A stretch of DNA of 64,000 bases from assembly GCA_021513695.1 (NCBI GenBank), contig CP084166.1, forward strand, positions 832,001 through 896,000, in the 5' to 3' direction. Under the pieces are notes generated by a model. It made no database searches. It was given only the letters and a program-made list of their open reading frames with translations, and had not been told where the DNA came from. Each line of letters opens with the position of its first letter. Within the stretch, counting starts at the first letter, position 1. Both the position numbers and the translations under genes were made by a program. This stretch comes from Candidatus Heimdallarchaeum aukensis. GTDB taxonomy: Archaea; Asgardarchaeota; Heimdallarchaeia; Heimdallarchaeales; Heimdallarchaeaceae. Positions 19,116-29,511 of the stretch are shown piece by piece.

Positions 19116-21233
19116 ATGAAAATTAACCCTTTAAATAACCCTTTTCACATCATATATCTTTCAATTTCATTCTTAATAATGCTTGATGATATCCTTTTTC
19201 CAACTGCTTTTTCACAGTACTGTTATATTATTGGTTCAACATTCATAATGATATATGTCCTACTAATAGTTTCAAAAATCATTCAACAAAAATATATTAA
19301 TATTATATCAATTATTGTTTTAGAAGTAACTGCCAGTTTATTGAATTCATTAACATTGAAATATTATAGAATGAATGGGTTGATTATTCACAAATTATTT
19401 GAATTTTGGTTTTATCTTCCTCTTATGCTTGGTATGTTTTACATCAGCTATCATATATTACATGAACCTTTTCTCTCTTCAAAGTTTATTTTAGTAGTTA
19501 TATCTATTTTAGCAATATGGTTGAGAGTTTTACCACATATATCTTTTAGTTATCTTGTATTTGGTGATACATATTATCTATATAGTACAACTTTGGTTCA
19601 AGCTAATTTAATTGATTTGGCAAACCCTACCGAGTTATCATATTTTAAAGCGTTTTCAGGATATAATTATATCACAGCATGGCCATTTATGCTTTGGATA
19701 ACTTTTCTTGTAGCCAAAATTGGTTTCCCGCTTGAATTCTTCCTTGGTTATTTTACACCTGTTTTTTGTGGAAGTACAATTCCAGTACTCGGTTACAAAA
19801 TTTCAAAAAAAATCTTTAATGCGGTTTTCAAAAATAAAGATGTAGAGAGATTATCGCTATTTAATGCTTTAATTATATCAACAATTGGAGTAATAATATT
19901 TTTCACATTAGAACTGTCACATTTTGCTTTTGGTCTTGTTATTTTAATATTATCGCTAAAATTAATGCTAGAACCAAAAATTCTTTTAAAAAGCAAGTTT
20001 AAATATTTTTTAATGTTATCATTATCTTTCATCACTATTGTTAACCACGCAATTTTAGCTTTAGTAGACTTAGCAATATCTACAACTTGGATTGGATTAA
20101 TCTTAAAAACCAATACAAAAAATAAAAAAGAAAAATTATTGTTTCTGTTTCTATGGTTATTCAAACTCTTGTTTTTTGTTTTATTTTCATTTTCTTCTAA
20201 ACGATTGATTATCTTAATTAAAGCTTTTAATATAAACCCAAGTTCATTTATGATAACAGCTGTTCCAATAGCTACAATTCTCTTTTCTACTATTTTTTTA
20301 GTATTTATATATTACTTTTCTTCTATTGATATTTACAAAATACTAAATAGAAATATGAAATTTGCACGCTATATTCTAATAATCATCACAACTTTAAGTT
20401 TAATAGTCTATAATTCATTTTTCAATGTCAGAATCGTTGGAACAATGATAAAATTATTTTTTGTAATTGTTATAGGATTAAGCATTCTTTCAAATAATGG
20501 ATTTAAAGAAAAAACTGATGTTTTTACTATGAAATATCTTTTGTTTTCATTATTAGTAATTGGTTTTATTTCTATTGGTATAATATTTTTAGGGGTTATA
20601 GGTGGTAGTGGTATTGGTTTTTTCTTAAGATTTTTTACTATACTTACTATTATATCTGTTCCTATTTTTAGTGAAAAAATGTTCAGCATTTATATGAAAA
20701 ATCTGAAAGGTAAAGTTATAGTTTTATTAGTAACATCAATGATTGTTGTCAACAGTTATCCAATCAGTATGTTACATCCTTTTGATTGGCAATTTAGAGA
20801 TCAAATGTCATATGATTTAACAAATGATGATTTAAATATATTAGATAAGTTTGCAAGCATATACAAAAGTGAAAAAGAAGCAAATATTAATAAATCTATA
20901 ATGGTATTATCACATTATCCTGTAAATTATCAACTAATAAGAAATGGTATTAGTTTTATTGATGGAGATGCATATAAATTTCTGATATATTGGAGTCTTC
21001 AAACCAATGAAAATAATTCCAATAAAGTATATAAGATGATGTACAACCTTTTTAATATCCGCTACATCATATTCAATAAATATATTATAAAAAACCAAGT
21101 TTCTATTGATGAATATCAATTGTTTCTTGAACTTTATAATCTTTCAAATGGTTATAGAAAATTACTAGAAAGTAAAAATCTACTAATTGTGGAGATTATA
21201 CCTTATAGATATTCATATTTTAAACTTTATTAG
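19116..21233 (+). CDS. large polytopic membrane protein (705 aa) with C-terminal soluble domain; candidate GT-C glycosyltransferase or Wzy-like polymerase
   Basis: More than 12 predicted TM helices, then a ~170-aa hydrophilic C-terminus. No WWDYG (AglB/STT3) motif. Sits in a glycan locus. Confidence 0.5.
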   Translation: MKINPLNNPFHIIYLSISFLIMLDDILFPTAFSQYCYIIGSTFIMIYVLLIVSKIIQQKYINIISIIVLEVTASLLNSLTLKYYRMNGLIIHKLFEFWFYLPLMLGMFYISYHILHEPFLSSKFILVVISILAIWLRVLPHISFSYLVFGDTYYLYSTTLVQANLIDLANPTELSYFKAFSGYNYITAWPFMLWITFLVAKIGFPLEFFLGYFTPVFCGSTIPVLGYKISKKIFNAVFKNKDVERLSLFNALIISTIGVIIFFTLELSHFAFGLVILILSLKLMLEPKILLKSKFKYFLMLSLSFITIVNHAILALVDLAISTTWIGLILKTNTKNKKEKLLFLFLWLFKLLFFVLFSFSSKRLIILIKAFNINPSSFMITAVPIATILFSTIFLVFIYYFSSIDIYKILNRNMKFARYILIIITTLSLIVYNSFFNVRIVGTMIKLFFVIVIGLSILSNNGFKEKTDVFTMKYLLFSLLVIGFISIGIIFLGVIGGSGIGFFLRFFTILTIISVPIFSEKMFSIYMKNLKGKVIVLLVTSMIVVNSYPISMLHPFDWQFRDQMSYDLTNDDLNILDKFASIYKSEKEANINKSIMVLSHYPVNYQLIRNGISFIDGDAYKFLIYWSLQTNENNSNKVYKMMYNLFNIRYIIFNKYIIKNQVSIDEYQLFLELYNLSNGYRKLLESKNLLIVEIIPYRYSYFKLY

Positions 21234-21255
21234 AAATGAAGGATTGAGTAAGTTT

Positions 21256-22440
21256 ATGAGAATCGCATTTGTAACATTTGAATACCCACCATTTATAATC
21301 GGTGGAGCAGGAATTTATGCAGAAAATTTGACTAAAGAGTTAGCAAAGTTAGGTCATGAAGTTTATGTGTTTACTCCTTCAATTGAAAACGTAAAATGGA
21401 TGCATCATAATGAAGAAATAAAAAATCTACAAATAATAAATGTAAAAATAAATAACAAACTATCATTAAGAGCTCTTCAATTTTGGATACAAGTACCAAA
21501 ATACATCAAAAGAATTGAAAAGAAAAAGAAGTTCGATATAGTACACTTTAATAGTATGTCATATTGGTCTCTTAAAAATAAGTTAGTGAAAGCTCCTCAT
21601 GTAATAACCATTCATCATGTGGTCAGAAATGCCATACAAACAAACAATTTTGGCTTTATCTTTAGAATAAGAAGTATTAGTGGAGAAAATAACTTTATCA
21701 TCCCCTTTATCGAAGAGAGATGTGTTAAAAATGCTGACAGAATTATTGCAGTAAGCAATTTTACAAAAAATCAATTGATTAAAACTTATAGCATCACATC
21801 AAATAAGATTAAAGTAATTTATAATGGAATTAATTGGAATCAATTTGTTTTTACTGAAGATGATTTTGTAAAACTTAAAGAACAATACAATATCCCTAAT
21901 ACCCCTATTATTCTTTTTGTTGGGAGAGTAGATGATCCAAGAAAAGGTTTGGATTTCCTTCTCAAATCATTTAAGAATGTATTGAAAAAGATTAACGCTA
22001 CGTTACTTGTTGTAGGGAAAGAACAAGATGGTACAGCGAGAAAACTTACCGAATCATTAGGGATTTCTAAATCTGTAATTTTTACTGGGTTTATCGATGA
22101 AATGACCTTAAAGAAATGTTATAAACTATGCGATGTGTATGTATGTCCATCAAGGTTGGAAGGATTTGGCTTAACAATTCTGGAAGCAATGACTTTAGGA
22201 AAACCAATTATTGCAACAAGAACAGGAGCAATACCTGAGATAACACCAAATGGTATCTTAGTTAACGTTGATGATATAGAAGGATTATCAAATAGCATTT
22301 ACGAAATTCTTCAAGACAAAAAACAAGCAGAGAGATTAGGAGAACAAAATATAAAATATGTGAAAGAAAGATTTAGTTGGAAAAAAACTGCCAAAAAAAC
22401 AGAACAACTATATAAACAACTGATTGATATCCATTTCTAA
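21256..22440 (+). CDS. family-4 (GT-B) glycosyltransferase
   Basis: MRIAFVTFEYPPFIIGGAGIY N-terminus and a C-terminal E..G....EAMT.GKP.I motif. The start is moved to ATG 21256 to remove a 47-bp overlap with the upstream gene. Confidence 0.8.
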   Translation: MRIAFVTFEYPPFIIGGAGIYAENLTKELAKLGHEVYVFTPSIENVKWMHHNEEIKNLQIINVKINNKLSLRALQFWIQVPKYIKRIEKKKKFDIVHFNSMSYWSLKNKLVKAPHVITIHHVVRNAIQTNNFGFIFRIRSISGENNFIIPFIEERCVKNADRIIAVSNFTKNQLIKTYSITSNKIKVIYNGINWNQFVFTEDDFVKLKEQYNIPNTPIILFVGRVDDPRKGLDFLLKSFKNVLKKINATLLVVGKEQDGTARKLTESLGISKSVIFTGFIDEMTLKKCYKLCDVYVCPSRLEGFGLTILEAMTLGKPIIATRTGAIPEITPNGILVNVDDIEGLSNSIYEILQDKKQAERLGEQNIKYVKERFSWKKTAKKTEQLYKQLIDIHF

Positions 22441-22867
22441 TAATATATATAAATGACCGAAAAGGTTCAAGGAGGATCATGATATAAGAGTTTCGAACGC
22501 TCTAGTCTCAACGATCTCTTGAAAATAAATGTTAATAAACTATTCTGGATTAAAGAGTAAGGCCATCATCTATATCTTATAAGGTTAATAGTTGAACCCA
22601 TGTCTACCCAAGAGCAAAGTTCTACCATTTCTCTCAAAGAAAAGAATAAATAATAAATTTGCAAAAGAACGAATGAAATAACAAGGACAACCTCAACTAT
22701 CCTAACTGACAATAGTTCTTTCTTCTCCTTTGTTATATGAGGAAAATGCACTTTCTCCCATTGGTGTCATACTGAACTATAAAACACGTTAATCTCAAGT
22801 CTCTCATCCGAAACTTGTAGATACTATAAAGATTACATGGTATTATTATTCGTGAGATATAGAAACT

Positions 22868-23027
22868 AAGTCTAACTTACTGTATTTCCAATCTTTCTTT
22901 CTACTTCCTTATTACAATTTTGGTTTCCTAAACAGTCTATTAACTTCCTAACTTTTGGAGAAAAGTTTTCAAACCAACCTATGTTTTTGACACCCAAAAG
23001 TGTAACTCACATCTAGAGAGTGAACAA
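22868..23027 (+). repeat. ~165-bp non-coding element, copy A (paralog of 60350-60500)
   Basis: Aligns over about 160 bp at roughly 78% identity with copy B. Shared blocks include tctaac(t/c)tactgta, tacaatttt, cagtctattaacttcctaacttt, aaccaacc, gtttttgaca, caaaagtgtaac and tagagagtgaa. Lies between two convergent GT4 genes. Confidence 0.7.
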
Positions 23028-23053
23028 TGGTAAGAGTTGAACACTCAAGTGTC

Positions 23054-24196
23054 TCAGATGCAATCTTTGTATATCCTTTCTACTTTTTTTACAACGTTAC
23101 TCCAATCTAAATTCTTTTGAATATATTTTTTTCCTCTTTCGACCAACTCTCTACTTTTTTCAGAATTTTCAAGAACATATTTGATCATTTTCTCTAGGCC
23201 ATTAATATCTCCAAATTTAGTAAAATATCCACAATTAGCTTTCCTGATTATTTCTCCGCAATCATCTGTAACAATGACAGGAGTACCACATAATATTGAT
23301 TCTAATACAGTTATAGCTACTCCACCCATGTATTGAACAGTATGAATATATAAATCTGCATCTACATAGGCTGCTTTTTTATCTATTTCATCTAAATAAC
23401 CAACAAATTTAACTTGTTTACTTACTTTTAATTCAACAGTTAATTTTTCAAGTTTTTCTCTTTCTCCAGAATCTGGTCCTGCAATAACAAAATAAATTTT
23501 TTCATCAGTCTTTTTAGTAAAATTTGCAAATGCTTTTATCATGAAATTTATTCCTTTCAACTTATGTATGCGACCTAAATACAAAATCATTTTTCCATTT
23601 ATATTATATTTTTTCTTAAACTCACCATGTTTTGGTAAGTCATAGATAATATCTAAATCCATTCCATTATATATTAAAGAAATTTTACTTTTTTGTATAT
23701 TCATTTTAATTGCATTTTCCACTTCCTCATTTGAAACAGCAATAAATTTAGACATATCTCGTAGTATTTTATATCCCCAAAAAATATCGAACAACTTCTT
23801 CAATTTTTTATTCCCAATTGTTTGGGGAAGTGAATTATGAGATTGTATTATATATGGAATTCTAAACTTCTTAGAATATCTAGATACTATTATGTTTTGA
23901 TATGACCTTAACTCATGCATATGCACAACATCAAAATCTTTCAAGTGTTTCTTAAGCCAACCTCTCATTTTTGGAGAATATATAAAAAGATTAATGTTAA
24001 AATAGTAATTAAATGATAAGATATTAATTCCTAATTTTTTAAGTGAATTTGCATATTCTTCATCAAAATCAAAAGTTGTGGTGAGCACAGTTACTTCATG
24101 ATTGTTCATTGCTAAATGTTTTGAAAGATTATAACATACATTAACATCTCCACCTTTTTTTGGAGTAAAGTAAGGAATTACTTGAAGAATTTTCAT
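23054..24196 (-). CDS. family-4 (GT-B) glycosyltransferase
   Basis: MKILQVIPYFTPKKGGD N-terminus. C-terminal E-x7-E-like region GGVAITVLESILCGTPVI. Confidence 0.8.
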   Translation of the reverse strand: MKILQVIPYFTPKKGGDVNVCYNLSKHLAMNNHEVTVLTTTFDFDEEYANSLKKLGINILSFNYYFNINLFIYSPKMRGWLKKHLKDFDVVHMHELRSYQNIIVSRYSKKFRIPYIIQSHNSLPQTIGNKKLKKLFDIFWGYKILRDMSKFIAVSNEEVENAIKMNIQKSKISLIYNGMDLDIIYDLPKHGEFKKKYNINGKMILYLGRIHKLKGINFMIKAFANFTKKTDEKIYFVIAGPDSGEREKLEKLTVELKVSKQVKFVGYLDEIDKKAAYVDADLYIHTVQYMGGVAITVLESILCGTPVIVTDDCGEIIRKANCGYFTKFGDINGLEKMIKYVLENSEKSRELVERGKKYIQKNLDWSNVVKKVERIYKDCI

Positions 24197-24484
24197 TTAT
24201 TATAACACACAATTTATCAACATAGTGACCCATATATATTTTTCGTTACAATTTTTTGTATTTCCTTTTTCTTTATTGTTTTCAATTTTAAAATTGATAT
24301 CTGATGTGTGTGAAATATTATTACTTCATTTTAGGTTTTCTAGTTATAAGATAGAGAAGAATGTATGATACTATAATTGCTTATACTGTAACCTACTGAA
24401 GTTTATCAAAAATAGCTATTAGCACAGCTTTTCAAGAACTTTAAAATTGCAAAACTGAATGAATTTGATATCCTCTGCTATCTA

Positions 24485-25864
24485 TTGGAACTAGTTCAGT
24501 ATTATTTAAATAAGGACTATTTTTCTTTTGTATTGATGTCTTTAGATTCAGTGTTCAGTAATATTAAGGATTCAGTATCTGGAAAAAAAGTATCATTTAA
24601 GAGGTACATTTTTAATTTTTTTAATTCAATTATGATAAAAAATGGTATATATATTTTTCTTAGTATTTTTATTTCTTCTCCTCTAGATTTTATTTTCTGG
24701 CTACTTGCAGCGAGATACTATCTTCCTGAAGTAGTTGGAACAAATATGTCTGTAATTGGATTGATTACATTAGTTTCTCTCCTCTCAAGATTTGGTTTAG
24801 AAAATGGTTTAAAAAGGTTCATCCCCAAAGAATCCGATAAAGGTGCTACTAACTTAATAAACTTTAGTATTATCGTTCTTACCTTCATATCTATCCCTTT
24901 TTTTATAATATCAATTCTTAGTATATTATTTCTTATACGCGATTACCCTCAGTGGATTTATTCAATTCAAACCATCAATTTTTTATTTCTCTTATTCATT
25001 TCAATAAATATTGGAAATTTGTTTGATTCTATCTTAATTAGCCGTAGTAGAAGTAAATATACAGTTTGGAGATCGATCCTTGTAGGAATTTCAAAGATTT
25101 CATTCTTACCTCTTTGTTTCAAACTAGGAAATATTGGTATTTTGGTATGTTATAGTGTACCTGTGTTAATTATTTCATTGTTAATGAACTTGATATTCAT
25201 AAAGAAAGTTATTCCAAATTACAAGTTTGTCATAACTTTTAAATTAAAAAATAATGAAATGTTGGTTTATTCTTTTAAACACTGGATTTATCAGATATCT
25301 GCATATCTTAATGACAAAATTCTACCGACAATTGTTCTTTTAAGAATATCTGAAGAATATGCAGCATATTTTTCAATTGGATATATGATTGTTCTTATTT
25401 CATATTTCTTGCCAAAAGCAATTAGCTCTTCATTTCTAGTGGAAGTAGTAAGGAATCCTTCTTCCATAAAACAAAATTTCTTTATGGCAACACTATTTAA
25501 TTGGATAATTTTAGGCTTTGTTCTTGTTCTTTTTAGTGTTTTTGGTAAACTCTTTCTTGGGTTTTTTGGGACAAATTACAAGATTGTTTACCTTTTTACA
25601 GTTATTGGTCTTTTATCATCATTTCCATATGCTTTTAATGAGATGTATTTTAACTATTGTAAAATTAAAAATAAACTGAAAATAGTTATATTCCTAAATA
25701 CACTATATACCATTTTTGTTTTAATAGGATCAGCAATATTATCTCCAATTTATGGATTAGAAGCAATAAGTCTCCTTATGTTAGTAGGTAATATAATGGT
25801 GTCTGTGTCTATATTCTTTTTAGTTAGAAAAGAAATATCTCTATTATTACTCAAAAATTCATAA
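24485..25864 (+). CDS. polysaccharide biosynthesis protein, Wzx-like flippase (MOP superfamily)
   Basis: About 12-14 TM helices, ~460 aa. Typical oligosaccharide-unit flippase architecture. Confidence 0.55.
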   Translation: MELVQYYLNKDYFSFVLMSLDSVFSNIKDSVSGKKVSFKRYIFNFFNSIMIKNGIYIFLSIFISSPLDFIFWLLAARYYLPEVVGTNMSVIGLITLVSLLSRFGLENGLKRFIPKESDKGATNLINFSIIVLTFISIPFFIISILSILFLIRDYPQWIYSIQTINFLFLLFISINIGNLFDSILISRSRSKYTVWRSILVGISKISFLPLCFKLGNIGILVCYSVPVLIISLLMNLIFIKKVIPNYKFVITFKLKNNEMLVYSFKHWIYQISAYLNDKILPTIVLLRISEEYAAYFSIGYMIVLISYFLPKAISSSFLVEVVRNPSSIKQNFFMATLFNWIILGFVLVLFSVFGKLFLGFFGTNYKIVYLFTVIGLLSSFPYAFNEMYFNYCKIKNKLKIVIFLNTLYTIFVLIGSAILSPIYGLEAISLLMLVGNIMVSVSIFFLVRKEISLLLLKNS

Positions 25865-25896
25865 AATTTATGTGAAAAAAATCTGTTACTATTAAT

Positions 25897-26778
25897 TCAA
25901 ACAAAGGGGAATTCATCAATTTTAATTTTGCTAACGTGTTTAATAATATACTCACGCTGTTCTTTAGTAAATATTTTTTCAAATTTATTTCGCTTTTTGT
26001 TTTCTATTTTCTCATTTACTGATTTCTTCCAAGGTTCATTAGTTAAAACAATATTTTTTACCTTTTCTTTGTAATCTGTAACCATTTTTTCAGAGAAACT
26101 AATACCAAGAAAGTTACATATGTCTCTTAAAGTCTTTGATGGTTGTGTCGTTAATCTGTCATAGCTTGTGAAAATGTGATTTTCATGATTAATATATTTC
26201 TTGCTAAATAAGATTGCTTTTTTCCACTTATTAATACACTGGTCAATAGTATATCCTCCTTCCCATATTTCAGGAAATTTTGATGAAACATCGTATAGAG
26301 ATGAAACAACATCACAACCATCTCTTATTAAATGAATAAACCTTGAATTTTTTACTAATTTATCAATGTAGTCAACATAAAAAAGATGATCTGGAGTTTT
26401 TTCAACCCAAGCTAATTTGTGATTATCAAGTGTATATTCATCCAGTAGTTTGACAAAATATTTTGTGTATTGCTTTATTGTATATAAATTTCCTAAAGTA
26501 TCCCTATTATTGTTCAATTTTAAACTATCTTGAAATTCTTGTAATCTCTTCTTTGCTCGTGGGTGACCTAATGTCACATTTAGAAAGAAATTGTTTCCTA
26601 ATATGTTTCTCACGAACTTTGGGGAGATAACATAAGGAATTTTAGGTAGTAAGTAAATAAAGAAATGTGATTCAGGAAATGAAATAATATCTTCATGTGC
26701 TGCTAATAATGACTGTAAGAGGGTTGTACCTGACCTAGGGCAGCCAACAAGGAATATCCTTGATTTAATTTCATTCAT
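25897..26778 (-). CDS. PAPS-dependent sulfotransferase (paralog 1)
   Basis: 5'-PSB loop GCPRSGTTLL and 3'-PB motif IRDGCDVVSS. Confidence 0.75.
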   Translation of the reverse strand: MNEIKSRIFLVGCPRSGTTLLQSLLAAHEDIISFPESHFFIYLLPKIPYVISPKFVRNILGNNFFLNVTLGHPRAKKRLQEFQDSLKLNNNRDTLGNLYTIKQYTKYFVKLLDEYTLDNHKLAWVEKTPDHLFYVDYIDKLVKNSRFIHLIRDGCDVVSSLYDVSSKFPEIWEGGYTIDQCINKWKKAILFSKKYINHENHIFTSYDRLTTQPSKTLRDICNFLGISFSEKMVTDYKEKVKNIVLTNEPWKKSVNEKIENKKRNKFEKIFTKEQREYIIKHVSKIKIDEFPFV

Positions 26779-27356
26779 ATATGGCTTGTATTGTTTTCCT
26801 TAAAATGTTTTTTTATAGAAACAGATGTTAGTACTCAACTAATATTGGTAATAGGAAAATATTGCAAATTTATTCAACTTTGTTAATTCTGAAAAAAGAA
26901 TTATTTAGGAATTTATTTACATTCATCTTTTAGTATTAAACGCTTTGATTGCATTTTATTACTGCATGTAGTCTGCCACCTGGTAACAGTATCTTCAGTT
27001 TCAGCTCTTGTTCTTCTGATAAAAATAGGATTAAGAAGTAATTTGCTATTAAAATAACATACTAGAACTGATTGCAATGTTTAATTATCCAGAAGGAAAA
27101 GACTACATTATTGCTTCTTCTCTTATGCGAATATAGTAGATTTCTTAGCTGTGGTCTGTATTACTAAATATGAACTACTTTTAGTATGCCATTCTCATTT
27201 ATTTATTAGTCAAAATAGAATTTTTGTACTTTTTCTTATTCATATATTCTGTCCATATTATAAATTAATAAGTCTTAATAGAAGATTCTATGATCTCTAT
27301 AATCTTGTGTTTCAAATGTTTTTAGCTGATATTATCGAAAAACAAAATATGAACAT

Positions 27357-28577
27357 TTAATCACAAGGATCCATTTCACATTTTTTGAGATATTGTTTTC
27401 TTAAACTTTCTAGACTATAAATAAATTTGTTTACTATACTATCCCAATCATAGCTTGATACAAAATTCAAACCTTTTTCACTAATCTTATCTTTAAGATC
27501 TAATGTTTCATTAACAACAGAATAAACATCTGTTGGTTTATCAATATACAAGATTCCATTGTTTTCTCCGAATTCTTTGTATACACCTTTTAGCTTTGTA
27601 CAAATAACAGGATTTCCAGCAGCTAAATATTCATACAGTTTAATAGGAACTATATTTTCCATAATTTCGTTTTTATGTGCGGGTAATAAATAGTAATCTG
27701 CTGCTTGTAAATATATTGGTATGTCTTTGAATGGAACCTGTCCAGTCAATATTATTTTCTCTGGATTTTTTAGCTCTTTTCTTTTTATTGAGATATAATC
27801 GAATAAATCTCCTTTACCGACAATCAATAACTTATATTTGTCTAAATCATCTTCATTTTTAACCATGTAATCTGTTAATTCTTTTAATCCTGAGAATTCA
27901 TATAACCAACCCATGAACATTAATACTATATCATCTTTCACAATTCCTAATCTTTTTCGAATTTGCTCTCTTTGAACTTTTGAGGAATATTTTTTAAGAT
28001 CAACACCGCCTGGTATATATACACCTTTTTCCAGATTAGCCCCCATACTCACAGAGTAATCCAGTAAACCATGATTTATTACATATATTTTATCACAATT
28101 TTTAAGAGTTCTTTTTTCAAAGGCTTTGGCAACATATTGGAGCGGTTTAACAGGAAGTAGAGTATGTAAATGATCAATTAAATAATAAATAAAAGGAATT
28201 TTATAAATTTTTGATAGTTTCTGGCCTATAAAACTGTTTAATATCCCAAACCCAATAATGAAATCTGGCTGAAATTGCTTTATCTCTTTATAAATATAAA
28301 TAAAATGCATTATAGGGATCGATAAAAAGCTTAACAATGGTATTTTTATCATTCCTGGTCTTATTAGTTCAATATTTGCTTCTGAAATAATCTTTGGTGT
28401 AGCCTTAGATTTTTTTGTAGGCTCAAATATTCTCTTAGATTGCTTTTCTTTCCATAAAAAGTCATAGTCAATAACTTTGACTTCATGCCCTAAAACGCTT
28501 AATCTTTCCATTAGATGGTGTTGTTGATGAGGGCCTCTTAGTTCCCAATCTGTTTCTTGAAGAACTAGTATTTTCAT
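27357..28577 (-). CDS. family-4 (GT-B) glycosyltransferase
   Basis: Two-Rossmann-domain glycosyltransferase with E..AG.PVI-like C-terminal motif (YEYLAAGNPVI). The start is set at internal ATG 28577 (MKILVLQ...). Confidence 0.7.
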   Translation of the reverse strand: MKILVLQETDWELRGPHQQHHLMERLSVLGHEVKVIDYDFLWKEKQSKRIFEPTKKSKATPKIISEANIELIRPGMIKIPLLSFLSIPIMHFIYIYKEIKQFQPDFIIGFGILNSFIGQKLSKIYKIPFIYYLIDHLHTLLPVKPLQYVAKAFEKRTLKNCDKIYVINHGLLDYSVSMGANLEKGVYIPGGVDLKKYSSKVQREQIRKRLGIVKDDIVLMFMGWLYEFSGLKELTDYMVKNEDDLDKYKLLIVGKGDLFDYISIKRKELKNPEKIILTGQVPFKDIPIYLQAADYYLLPAHKNEIMENIVPIKLYEYLAAGNPVICTKLKGVYKEFGENNGILYIDKPTDVYSVVNETLDLKDKISEKGLNFVSSYDWDSIVNKFIYSLESLRKQYLKKCEMDPCD

Positions 28578-28699
28578 ATTATCCTTTCCTATGTCTAAAC
28601 TTGATAAGAAAAAATCACTTATTAGTTTAACGTTTGAGATAAGAAATATGAAATTATTCATTATGTATTATGTAAATGAAAGTTCCGAAATTTATTCAT

Positions 28700-28715
28700 G
28701 GTAGTGTCTAGTTTT
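28700..28715. repeat. IS left terminal inverted repeat
   Basis: GGTAGTGTCTAGTTTT is the exact reverse complement of 29447-29462. It resembles the IS26-type IR GGCACTGTTGCAAA (GGxAxTGT). Confidence 0.7.
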
Positions 28716-28755
28716 CTTCCGACAAAAATATTTGTGGGGACTCTAATAGTAAGAT

Positions 28756-29454
28756 ATGAAAACACAAAAACTATCTGCTCTTTTTAAGAGATGCAGAGTC
28801 CCCAAAAAAATAATAATAAAAGCGATTTATGAATATATTGATTCAAAGAATGGGTTGAGGACAGTAGCATGGAAGAATGGTTTAACGCATCAAACATTAT
28901 GGTATTGGGTAAAGAAGTTCAGGCTCTTTAGGGAAAGTTTACATAGAGTTGTAGCAGAGAGAGGGGGAATACCAGAGATTATAGTAGTAGATGAAACAGA
29001 GATTAGGACCTCTCAAGGCTCAATATATCTGTGGTTCGCGTTAGATCCTTACAACAAGACTTTACTGGGTTTTAGTATTACTAAAGGACGGAGTAATCTT
29101 GAATGTTTACTAACTTTCCGTTATTGGTTCAAATGTTGGGGTTTTAAGCCCCGTATTGTCGTTACAGATGCAGGAGTATGGTATCCTGTCTTACTTCGTC
29201 TCGGTATCAAAATCTCCGTTATCAAAGGTGGTTTACGCTCCTATATTGAACGTTTTAATGCTACTCTTAAGAGTTATCGTTGGTTTCATTCTATTCTCCA
29301 CTGCACTTGTCCTATCCGTGCCGTCTATGGCTCTACTCATCTTTCTGGTTTTCTTACTCTCTTTATGCTCCATTATAATTTCGTTCGTCCTCATCAGAGC
29401 TTGGGACATCCTCCCCTTAGTTCCTTTTTACCTAGGAGGTGGTATAAAAACTAG
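28756..29454 (+). CDS. IS6-family DDE transposase
   Basis: VVDETEIRTSQGSIYLWFALDPYNKTLLGFSITKGRSN parallels the IS26 DETYVKVNGRWAYLYRAVD...DFYLS block. VVTDAGVWYP parallels TDKAPAY. ERFNATLK parallels the conserved ERxNxxLK. Confidence 0.65.
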   Translation: MKTQKLSALFKRCRVPKKIIIKAIYEYIDSKNGLRTVAWKNGLTHQTLWYWVKKFRLFRESLHRVVAERGGIPEIIVVDETEIRTSQGSIYLWFALDPYNKTLLGFSITKGRSNLECLLTFRYWFKCWGFKPRIVVTDAGVWYPVLLRLGIKISVIKGGLRSYIERFNATLKSYRWFHSILHCTCPIRAVYGSTHLSGFLTLFMLHYNFVRPHQSLGHPPLSSFLPRRWYKN

Positions 29455-29462
29455 ACACTACC
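29447..29462. repeat. IS right terminal inverted repeat
   Basis: AAAACTAGACACTACC. It overlaps the 3' end of the transposase ORF. Confidence 0.7.
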
Positions 29463-29477
29463 GATACCAATATAGTA

Positions 29478-29493
29478 ATACTTTAAAAAGGAT
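29478..29493 (+). promoter_or_regulatory. TATA-like box (ctttaaaaagg) about 25 nt upstream of the GT2 start codon, between the IS end and the gene
   Basis: A/T-rich TATA-like hexamer at archaeal promoter spacing. This implies a leaderless or short-leader transcript. Confidence 0.3.
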
Positions 29494-29511
29494 TAATTTG
29501 AAGTTGTAGTA

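Larger units (their letters stand above)
28700..29462 (+). mobile_element. IS6-family insertion sequence (~763 bp)
   Basis: Perfect 16-bp terminal inverted repeats GGTAGTGTCTAGTTTT (28700-28715) and AAAACTAGACACTACC (29447-29462). It has a single DDE transposase ORF. GC content is visibly higher than the surrounding DNA. No 8-bp target-site duplication is present (ttattcat versus gataccaa). Confidence 0.65.

Noticed and set aside
19116-21233. AglB/STT3 oligosaccharyltransferase among the large membrane proteins
   Set aside because: None of the three candidates contains a WWDYG-like motif or the characteristic C-terminal periplasmic domain signature. I left them as generic GT-C/Wzy candidates.
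22487-22503. Possible tRNA gene
   Set aside because: Only a T-arm-like hairpin is present. No complementary acceptor stem, D-arm or anticodon arm could be found around it.
29156-29509. 117-aa alternative-frame ORF overlapping the transposase
   Set aside because: It lies inside the IS in a different frame from the recognisable DDE transposase. It is hydrophobic low-complexity and probably an artefact of the GC-richer IS sequence.
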